DNA from: Octopus vulgaris
Taxonomy: Eukaryota
Assembly: GCA_951406725.2 (NCBI GenBank)
Contig: OX597822.1
Coordinates: 78,616,001 to 78,680,000, forward strand
Length of the DNA stretch: 64,000 bases
Direction: 5' to 3'
Program-made: the position numbers and the translations under genes
The notes under the pieces: model-generated
The model's database searches: none
Told to the model about the DNA's origin: nothing
The model's input: the letters and a program-made list of their open reading frames with translations, nothing else
Shown here: positions 53,565 through 64,000 of the stretch, piece by piece
How the letters are laid out: each line of letters begins with the position of its first letter
Numbering within the stretch: the first letter of the stretch is position 1

Positions 53565-54771
53565 ATCTAAGTTTACAAATATGCTTAACCTACCAGCACA
53601 GCTCAAGAAATTGACTGGCTTGAATAATGTCTGACTGTACTGGTCCAGCCAATACATTTCTTATCATGCATTAACCATGCCTCTGATCACATTGAGTGAG
53701 CAGACACCTCTTGTGTCTTGCTACTCTGGTCTAGTACACATCGTTTTCTGCATTAATCTATTGCAGTGCTGCGTAACATGATCCACACCAAAGTTATGGT
53801 GACCTGTGGCAAGTTTTTTTGTCCTACAGTGTTGCATAATGCACTTAAAATCTCCTGTATATTTGGTGATCTGTGAAGTATTTTTTTGTGAATTTTATGA
53901 ACCACCTGATGCAAAAGGTTATGTATCACTGATCGCTTTATATCAATGGTTCTCAACCAGGGTCCACGTGACCCCTGGGGTTCCATTCCATATAAGGTTT
54001 TAGTGTTAATGTTTATATCCAATAAATTAGTTACAGCCTTAGGGCTGAAACATGTAAAATACAATTCCTAGTAATAATTAATTATAAAAGTATAATGGGA
54101 CTTTTTTAGAACATTGAATGGGAATGAGAATCCTGCAGAGTAAAATAGGATTCAAAGGGGGTTAATAAACAAAAAATGGTTGAGTAACATTGATCTATTG
54201 AATATATCCCTGATCACATTGGTCTGTAAGGCATGTCCCTGATGACCCTAATTTTAAAACATATTTTACTGTTTATTATTTTATTGGTTTAAGGCAACAA
54301 ACTGGCAGAATTGTTAACACTTGGACAAAGTGCTCAGCAGTATTTCATCTGGCATTTTATGTTCTGAGTTCAAATCCCAAGAGGTCCACTTTACCTTTCA
54401 TCCCTTTAGGGTCAATAAAATAAAGTATCGGTCGAATACTGAGGTCAATGTAAATGACTTGCCTTGTCCCTGCAAATCTGCTAGCCTTGTGCTAAAATTG
54501 GAGAGAAAAACATTATCTTATTGGATTCAACCAGTATGTAGTGACCATGCTGGGGTCATAAACATTTATATCACAGGCTTGTTATATCTTCACTAGTCTA
54601 GGAAAAATAAAATATATATATATGCTGAAGCACTGCCTTTTAGCTGAACAAATCAAACCCAGGACTTATTCTTTTGGTCTCTTTTGCTGAACTGCTAAGT
54701 TACAAGGACGTAAACACACAAGCATTGGTTGTCAAGTGATGGTGAGGGGACAAACACAGTCACACAAATAA

Positions 54772-54835
<64 letters not shown>

Positions 54836-55181
54836 GATGGGCTTCTTTCAGTTTCCATTTACCAAATCCACTCACAAGGCTTTCATTGGCCCAAGGCTAT
54901 AGTAGAAGACACTTGCCTAAGGTGTCACAAAGTGGGACTGAACCTGGAGCAATGTGGTTGGTAAGCAAGCAACTTATCACACAGCCTAAATAAGTTGTAT
55001 TTTTTTATAATTTGTGCGAATTAAATTGGGTATTATTCTTCGCCTTGAAGGTTTGGTTAAACAAATCGATCCCTGTACATATTTTCTTTTCAAACCTGGA
55101 ACATATATTATCAGTCTCTTAGGCTGAACCACTAAGTTACAGAGATGTAAGCAAACCAACACCAGCGGAGAACAAACACAA

Positions 55182-55246
<65 letters not shown>

Positions 55247-55436
55247 CTGTATTTGTCCCCACCACCATCGCTTGACAACTGCTGTTGGTGTGTTTACGTC
55301 CCCATAACTTGCGGTTTGGCGAAAGAGACTGATAGAATAAGTACTAGGCTTACAAAGAATAAGTCCTAGTGTCAATTTTGTTTGACTAAAGGTAGTGCTC
55401 CAACATGGCTGCAGTCAAATGACTGAAACAAATAAA

Positions 55437-55474
<38 letters not shown>

Positions 55475-58400
55475 AAGTGAGAGAGAGACATTGGGATTAC
55501 TTCTAGTTTCTGACTACCAAATCCACTCACAAGGGTCAGCCCGAGACTATAGTAGGAGACATTTGCCTAAGGTCCCACACAGTGGAACTGAACCCAAAAC
55601 TATGTGGTTGGGAAGCACACTTCCTACCAAAAAGCCACATATGCTCTTATATTATTATCTTCATCATTTTAGCACCCAGTTTTCCACACTTGCCCAAGAG
55701 GCTTGTCCAAGGTACCACACAGCAGGATTGAACCTGGGAGACCAGATGGCTGGCAAGAAAGCTTCTTAACTACAAAGCCATCCAGGGTTTAAAATTGTGT
55801 AGTGATTGTCGTTATTGTTGTTAGTGGGGTAGGCTGAAGGAATGTTTCTGTAGATATTAGAGGGGAGACATAATTAATATTCAGCTGCCTTCAGAAATGG
55901 AGTTAAATGTTTTACTTATGTTTACTTTGTAAATTTCCCTGCTTGTTCTTGATGTTGTTGTTGTTGTAGTTGTTTTAAGATTTTAGTTTTTATTTGATTT
56001 TTCTTTGTAGCAGTAGTGTTTTGTTTCTCTTTGCAACATAAATGAAAATATGGCCGTTGCCTGTTGTTTTTGCCACAAATTTGAACACTTAACTTCCTCT
56101 TCCCCCTCCTTTGTCTTCGCATCTTCCAGATTTGTTTTTCTTCTGCAAATAGTTTATCCTGCCCTGTTGTTTTGCATGTGAAGGAAAAGGGAGAGATTCT
56201 TTGAAAAAAGATTTTAAAATAAAAAAGGGGGGGAAAAAAAACAGTCATATAAAAGCAGAAACACTGGTAAAACTTTCTGTTTGAATCTCCCCCTCTTTCC
56301 CTATTTCTTTCTTCCTCACCCCTCCTCTTCTCTCTAACTGATATTTTGTGATATGTCAAATCTAGGGAGTTACACATGGTGTCAGAATGCTAATCCCAAG
56401 AGACCCGGCCCTCTATGTGTGTGTGAATGATAAAATATTTTACTTTGCCCTTCCTTTAGCTAGAAATCTAGTACCAATGGGATTTTTTTTTCTATTTTTT
56501 TAATTTTTTTACATATCCACCAATAAAGAAGAAGTAATTTTAAATCAACAAGGAACTTCTATATGGATGCTTTTTCTGTTAGAAATAGTAAGCAAGTCTC
56601 TCGGTTCACACTCCACTGGTTTTTAAAAAAGACAAGTATTTAGTAATGGCCCTTTATATTTCTGAGCTCAAATCAGAAGTTGGCTTTGCCTTTCATCCTT
56701 ATGAAGTCTGTAAAATAAGGAAAAAAGTCAAGTGCTGGATTTTAGATGTGAATATGTGAAGGCGTTTAGCCTAGTGGTTAGGATGTTGTACTCATGGTCT
56801 AGTGACTGTGGGTTCAATTGCTGGATTGAGCAGTGTATTGTGTTCTTGAGCAGAACACTTCATTTCAGCTTGCTCCAGTTCACTCGGCTTTAAATGGGTA
56901 ACCCTGTGACAGGTAAGTGTTCCATTCAGGGAGATCATTGGCTTGCCCGCTAAGCCAGTGGGGTACCATCATTTGAACAATACAACAATCCAAAGAAAGT
57001 GTATTGTAACTCGCGGTGTGTAACAAACATCCAATAATCTGGTGGATACAGTGATGTGTGAATATGATTATAATAGACTACATGTTGGATAACATAACCT
57101 AAAATACTCAATGACTGCAGTAGAAAACACAACACAAAAAGATGGGATAGTCATGGCTGGAATATCTTTGATTATAGGTCTGCTTACTTAAAGCTGTTCT
57201 TTGACTAACCAACAACAATCTATTTTGTATTTGTTGTGGTTACCTGTGGGCTCTGTTGAGGGCCATGTAGTTGAATACACTCACACAAAGTGCCATGCAG
57301 TGGAACTGAACACGAAATCATGTGGTTGGGAAGCAAACTTCTTACCACAGAGTCATGCCTACACCAATATTAAACCAAAACTGTATAAGGTATTATAATC
57401 ACCAGTTTGAAAAAGTATAGAGCAAACAGGCCAGTGATGGGACTCAAACCACCCCAGGTGATTGTTATGTATTGGTTTCAGGCCTGCAGTGAGTCTGTTG
57501 CATTGAAAATTTTAGTTGTCAATTCCCAATATTAACCCTTTTGCATTCAGATAATTCTTTCAAATCTTGCATTATCTCACAGCTTCAAGATCTCAGTGAT
57601 GTAATTGTTTATTTTTAGAATGGCATTGTAGGGTAAGTTTGAGAGATCAGATCTGACCAGATTGAACATAAAACAGATAAGGATATTTTGGCTGTATATG
57701 ACCAGTTTAAATACTAAAGTGTTTTACTGGTTTTTACTTGAAATTACACTAGTGGGGGAATATCTTTGTTGCTTCTCCTTTTAAATTTAGTACAATTGTA
57801 ACCACAACTTCAAAAAAGGAGAAATTTGAAGGGGAAGTGTATGGTGATGGCATTGGTGGTAGGGCTCACTGAAATTCAGTGATCTTTTAACCTTTTAGCA
57901 TTTAAACCAGCCATACCTACTTGTTTTATGAGAGGTCAGATCCAGTCTCTCATATCTATCTGACAATGCCACTCTAAGAATAAACCATCACATCATCAGA
58001 ATTTCAAAGCTACAAGTTAATGCATAATTAATTCAAAATCTAGCACACGAGAGTTCCATTTGATCTGATCAATGGAACAGCCTGCTTGTGAAATTAACAT
58101 GCATGTGACTGAGTACTCCACAGACATACATACACTTAACCTAGTTCTCAGGGAGATTCAGCATGATGCAGAATGTGACAAGACTGACCCTTTGAATTAC
58201 AGGTACAACTCATTTTTGCCAGCTGAGTGGACTGGAGCAACGACAAATAAAGTGTCTTGCTCAAGGACACAGTGCACCGCCGGGAATCAAACCTATGATT
58301 TTATGGTTGTAAGCTGAATACCCTAACCAGCAAGCCACATGCCATCACCTGATTAATTCAAAACAGTGTGAATAAATAGGCATTACGTTTGACTGTAATC

Positions 58401-59088
58401 TGAATGTTAAAGAGTTAAATGCTGTGTCTATATGACATTCACTAAAAAGTCACTAGTTCCTGTACAACAACAGCAAGAGGTTCTTTTGAGCTGTGCAGCA
58501 GAGGTATGTGTAGCTATTTAGTAATTACTATTGCCTCCATTAACCAATCCTCTACGTGGTCATTTGACTTACTAGAAGTAGCAGCCAAATTTTCAGTACC
58601 CATCTTTCATCTTTTACTTGTTTCAGTCATTTGACTGCCCCCATTCTTCTGGAAGAATTTTTTTGGTTAAATAAATTGACTCCAGTATTTTTTGCTTTTT
58701 TTTTTTTTTCCAAACCACTAAGTTACTGGGACATAGATACACCAGCACTGGTTATCAAGCAGTGGTGGAGGACAGACACAAACACACAATATATGTATGT
58801 ATGTATATATATGATGGGTTTCTCTCTACCAAATCCACTCTCTAGGCTTTGGTCAGCCTCATGGTTTATTAGAAGTCATTTGCCCAAGTGGCTACACAGT
58901 GGGACTGAACCTACACTATACCGGGCCATTTTTGATCTTAGGTTTACTCGGTTAGGTCTAAACAGCAAGCAGGTCACTATTAAATATGGCTTTCATGTAA
59001 GACTAAAATTACAGTTTACTTCTATCAAACTTCTTTCATAAAATAGGGCAGCCCCCAACAAAAGAATAGAAAAATGTATAGGTGTAAG

Positions 59089-59313
59089 CAGGGCTGTGGA
59101 GTCGAAACAAAAAACTCCAACTCCTCTTTATGTAATTAAGTGATTGTGGTCTACGTATTTCATAAAGTATATGTATATGCTTGTACTTTGAGTAGGCTTA
59201 TATGTCAGTAAAGATATTGTGAGTCGGAGTCGGTATAGTTTTACCGACTCCAACTTTAGCTACTCCTTAATCGTTTCCAACTCCGACTCTACGACTCCTA
59301 CACCACAGCACTG
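59089..59313. mobile_element. hAT-type MITE with perfect 8-bp TSD
   Basis: ggtgtaag|cagggctgtgg ... ccacagcactg|ggtgtaag with internal (ccgact)n subrepeats; same family as 42846. Confidence 0.85.
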
Positions 59314-60537
59314 GGTGTAAGCATGGTTATGTGGTTAAGAAGCTTGCTTCAAAACCACATGGTTTCAGGTTCAATTCCACCAGACAGCACCTTAGGCAGG
59401 TGTCTCCTACTATAGCCCCAGGACAACCAAATGCCTTGTGAGTGAATTTGGTAAATGGAAACTGAGTGGAAGCCTGTCGTATATATATGTGTATGTGTTT
59501 GTCCACCACCACTACTTAACCAGTGTTGGTTTGTATTTTTCTCCTTTAACTTAGCAATTCGGCTAAAGAGACTGAGAATAAGTAGCAGGGCTCAATAAAA
59601 TCAATACTGCAGTCAATTCGTTTGACTAAAACCTCTTAAGGTGGTGCCCCAGCACAGCCACAGTCTAGGGATTGAAACAAGTGTAAAATATGAATGATAC
59701 AACTGTTAATGTCTCTCAACAGTGCTGCTGGAATCCTGGGCATGGCTTCATCTGAAAGAAACTGTGTGGGTGAAAGCAGATATAATGGACCAATTATGAA
59801 TTATATGGCCAAGAAAGAAGCAAACATGATAATGTCTCCACCTCGAAAACCGCCCCCCCCCATACCACCCCTACGTCTGTCATAATCAGAGATGACTAAA
59901 CAAACTTTTGAGTTGCTTAGTCTACATTACTTTATAAGGAACACAGGGCTGGTTTCTCTGACACACACACACATATTCCTCCCTGGATGGGACACTGATC
60001 CATCACAGGGTTACTCATTTTGGCCAGCTGAGTGGACTGGAGCAGTGTGAAATGAAGTGTCTTGCTCAAGAACACAATACATCTCCTGTTCCAGGAATTG
60101 AAACAATAATCTTACAATCATGAGCATAACACCCTAACCACTAAGCCCTACACCTCTGCAACTAAGTTGTTTAGGGCTTCCATTTGGGGGAGGGAAGGAT
60201 TCATCAGGCTAGTTACCTGGTTTCTGTGGTCTATATGTGACCAAGATCGCAACAGTACCCCTAAACAGTATGCTAGTCTGTTGCAAGATTCAAGGCCAGC
60301 AGATTTTGAGGGCGGGAGCAGCAAGCTGATTGCGTCAACATCCAATTCCTTCCCCAGTACTTGACTGGTACTTTATTTTATTGATCTTGAAGGAACTTAG
60401 GGTAAAGTTGACCATGGCAGGATTTGAACTCAGAATGCCAGAGTGCCAGAAGAAATGCAGCTAAGCATTTTGTCCAACACAGATTCTGCCAGCTTGACAC
60501 TTTTCAGTATTATATACTTCTGCCTTTTTTTGATCAG

Positions 60538-63313
60538 GATTTTGGTGTTGTCGAATATTCCGTCATTTTGGTCAACAAGGAACAGAGCTTGGCTCATTAC
60601 CAGAACAAACGAAGACACCTTGGTTTTCAGATGGGAAAAATACTACCAGCAAATCACTCTCAAAGATATACACACCACAAGGTTCTTATACTGCAACCAT
60701 CAATACTTTTAAATCACTTGTTGGAAAAAATGGGGTAGAAGCATCCCTTGCAAGGGCAAGCATCACCCAGGGTTTGTTTGGGGCAACAGGCTATGTAAAG
60801 GAGTCACCTGTAAGAGTAGATATATCTCGTGAGGTTTTTCCAAGAGCACACCTCAGTATGAATTCATTTCCCAGGTTAGCTTTCAATCAAGACTCATCTG
60901 CTGTGACAGGTTCCATTGGTGGCACTGAAGTTGACTCAGAGTCACTTGTTGGAAAAAGACATAACCAAGATTCATTTGCTGGGACAGAAAGCAACCATGG
61001 CTCCTTTCCTGGAGTAGAGTTTGCCCAGGCATCAGTTTTTGGAACAGAAGGTGACCAGATGTCGTTTGTTGTAATGGGCAGTGGGCAGGGATCTCTCAGT
61101 AGGGCAGAATCGTTTGAGACAGATTTTGACAAGAAATCCAATTTGGGGATTGACTTTGACCAGAGGTTACGTGCTAAGGCTGATTATGACCAGAGGTCTA
61201 ATACTGGTAAAAATGTTGATAGGGGGTCTTATTCGGGTACAGACGTTGAGCAGGGTTCTTATTCTGATACAGACGTTAATCAGAGATCTTATTCTAGCAA
61301 CAATGTTGATTGGAGATCTTATTCCGGCACTGACGTTGATGAAGGATCTTATTCTGGTACAAACGTTGACCAAAGGTCTTATTTTGGTACACATGTTGAC
61401 CAGAGTTCTTATTCTGGTACAAACGTTGATCAGGAGTCTTATTCTGGTACAGACGTTGATCAGGGGTCTTATTCTGGTACAGACGTTCATCAGGGGTCTT
61501 ATTCTAGTACAAACATTGATCAGAAGTCTTCTGGTACAGACGTTGATCAGGGGTCTTATTCTGGCACAGACGTTGATCGGAGGTCATATTCTGGTACAGA
61601 CGTTGACCAGAGTTCTTATTTTGGTGCCGACGTTGACCAGAGTTCTTATTCTGGTGCCAACGTTGACCAGAGTTCTTATTCTGGTACAGACGGTGATCAG
61701 AGGTCTTATTCTGGCACAAACGATGATCAGGGGTCTTATTCTGGTACAGACGTTGACCAGGGATCTTATTTTGGTGCCGACGTTGACCAGAGTTCTTATT
61801 CTGGTGCCGACGTTGACCAGAGTTCTTATTCTGGTACAGACGGTGATCAGAGGTCTTATTCTGGCACAAACGATGATCAGGGGTCTTATTCTGGTACAGA
61901 CGTTGACCAGAGTTCTTATTCTGGTTCAGTTGTTGACCAGAGTTCTTATTCTTGTACAGACGTTGACCGGAGTTCTTATTCTGATACAGAGGTTGACCAG
62001 AGTTCTTATTCTGGTTCAGACGATGATCGGGGTCATATTCTGGTACAGACGTTGACCAGAGTTCTTATTCTGGTACAGACGTTGACCAGAGTTCTTATTC
62101 TGGTACAGTTGTTGACCAGAGTTCTTATTCTGGTTCAGTTGTTGACCAGAGTTCTTATTCTGGTACAGACGTTGACCGGAGTTCTTATTCTGATACAGAG
62201 GTTGACCAGAGTTCTTATTCTGGTTCAGACGATGATCGGGGGTCATATTCTGGTACAGACGTTGACCAGAGTTCTTATTCTGGTACAGACGTTGACCAGA
62301 GTTCTTATTCTGGTACAGTCGTTGACCAGAGTTCTTATTCTGGCACAGACGGTGATCAGAGGTCTTATTCTGGCACAGACGATGATCGGGGGTCTTATTC
62401 TGGTACAGACGTTGACCAGAGTTCTTATTCTGGTACAGACGTTGACCAGAGTTCTTATTCTGGTACAGTCGTTGACCAGAGTTCTTATTCTGGTTCAGTC
62501 GTTGACCAGAGTTCTTATTCTGGTACAGACGTTGACCGGAGTTCTTATTCTGGTACAGATGTTGACCAGAGTTCTTATTCTGGTTCAGTCATTGACCAGA
62601 GTTCTTATTCTGGCACAGATGTTGATCAGGGATCTTATTCTGGCACAGATGTTGATCAGGGATCTTATTCTGGTACTGACGTTGACCAGGGATCTTATTC
62701 AGGTACAAATGTTGACCAGAGTTCTTATTCTGGTAGTGCCATTGACCAGGGGTCTTATTCTTGTACAGATGTTAACCAGAGCTCTTACTCTGGTACAGAC
62801 GTTGATCAGGGGTCTTGCTCAGATACAGACGTTGATCAGGGATCTTACTCAGGTACAGACATTGATCAAGGATCTTATTCTGGTACTGACGTTGATCAAG
62901 GGTCTGATTCAGGTACCGACGTTGATCAGGGGTCTATTTCTGGCACAGACCTTAACCGGAGGTCTTACTCTGACACAGACGTTGATGACAGGTCTTACTC
63001 TGGCTCAGACGTTGATAATGGGTCTTACTCTGGCACAGACATTGACGACGGGTCTAATTCTGGTACAGAAATTGATCAGGAGTCTAATTCTGGTACAGAC
63101 GTTAAGCAGGGGTCTTATTCTGGTACAGACGTTGACAAGAGGTCTAATTCTGGGACTGATTATGACCAGAAATCTTTTGCTGGGACTGACTTTGATCAAG
63201 AATCATTTGCCAGAACTAATTATCTCAAAGGGTCATTTTCTGGCACTGATTGCAGCCAGGATTCATATGCCAGTACAGACCAAAGATCGTTTGTCAGTGC
63301 TTTTTATTATTAG
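60538..63313 (+). CDS. Large terminal coding exon with SYSGTDVDQx decapeptide repeats; probable alternative last exon of TMEM198 (one 1-nt deletion at 62029-62032)
   Basis: Acceptor ctgcctttttttgatcAG|GA (phase 1) lies just after an in-frame TGA. The frame reads (G)FWCCRIFRHFGQQGTELGSLPE... into the ORF-track 60774 frame. With one G restored the repeat frame stays open to ...DQRSFVSAFYY-TAG (63311-63313). Unit variation is largely synonymous in this frame. Confidence 0.72.
61140..63285 (+). repeat. 30-bp coding minisatellite, ~70 units, consensus TCTTATTCTGGTACAGACGTTGACCAGAGT
   Basis: Direct 30-bp periodicity with a homogeneous centre and degenerate edges; one in-frame 27-bp unit at ~61521. 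Confidence 0.97.
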
Positions 63314-64000
63314 AACTTTACTCTTTCTGACAATAACAGGAGGTCATTTGTAAGCATGGCTGTGGAGCACACACTGCTCTGTTTGTAGGAAGTAGTATCT
63401 TTTGTGCTCTTTGTAACAAGGTGATGGTTAAAATCTTATATAAAATAGCAAACTTCAAAAGCATGTTGTTAACACTGAAAAGGCATGAACTGATATTGGA
63501 GATTTCTGACTAATCGTTCCTTGTTTTAACCTTTGCACTCACTCATGTGGTTCTGATTTTTATATTGATTTTTTTTTTTTTTTTATTGGTGATTTAATTA
63601 ATTTATTCATATAATTATTGCATTCTGTCTCCTCACCTCCACACCTAATTGTTATCTCCTTGAATTCTAGCTGGCCATTTATTGTGTATCGTGTATCTTT
63701 TAATCCTTCAGCATTCTGATTACTCTGTCAAATGCAATACTTATTTATCAGGCATAATCTTGTAGCTTCAAGATTTCAAAGATGTGTTTGTATATTTTTA
63801 GAATGACATTGAAGGGTAGGTGTGAAAGGTTGGATCTCATTAATTTTATTATGAACCAGATAGAATGTTTAGGGCCAACTATGACTAGATTAAATGCTAA
63901 AGGGTTAAAATAGATGAATGGTAGTATAACAGCAGACATATTGATTTGAAGCCAGACACTACCTGGTCACAGACAATAAATTAAGTATCTATATATATGT

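Noticed and set aside
55922-56377. 151-aa K/R/Q-rich minus-strand ORF
   Set aside because: Reverse complement of a pyrimidine-rich low-complexity intron tract; wrong strand to be the basic TMEM198 tail.
61140-63285. CRISPR-like array (30-bp periodicity)
   Set aside because: Contiguous tandem units with no unique spacers, no cas genes, and a eukaryotic context.
60774-63353. Stand-alone 859-aa ORF as given by the ORF track
   Set aside because: It starts at TTG, the frame extends upstream to a splice acceptor at 60538, and the hydrophobic half arises from a 1-nt slip.

Overview
AT-rich, repeat-dense animal genomic DNA. The SINE families, (TA)n/(CA)n/(ATT)n microsatellites and the gene suggest an octopus (inference from recalled repeat families). 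Nearly all ORF-track entries are microsatellite or SINE artefacts. One protein-coding gene is clear: a + strand TMEM198 orthologue with coding exons 36223-36427 and 41450-42013. The main finding is that its phase-1 donor can be joined in frame to a 63-nt exon (52871-52933) and then to a ~2.8-kb terminal exon (60538-63313). That exon encodes ~70 copies of a Ser/Tyr/Gly/Asp decapeptide (SYSGTDVDQ[S/G/R]). The ORF track misreads the exon because one G is missing at 62029-62032. Restoring it predicts a ~1,200-aa TMEM198 isoform with a very long acidic cytoplasmic repeat tail. Other content includes a young 5'-truncated CR1-like LINE, a DD37D (maT) transposase relic, RTE relics and hAT/piggyBac-type MITEs with TSDs. 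There are also Penelope-type palindromes carrying decayed hammerhead ribozymes, a 645-bp tandem duplication and a ~12-kb CpG-retaining domain upstream of TMEM198. All splice joins are predictions from sequence only.
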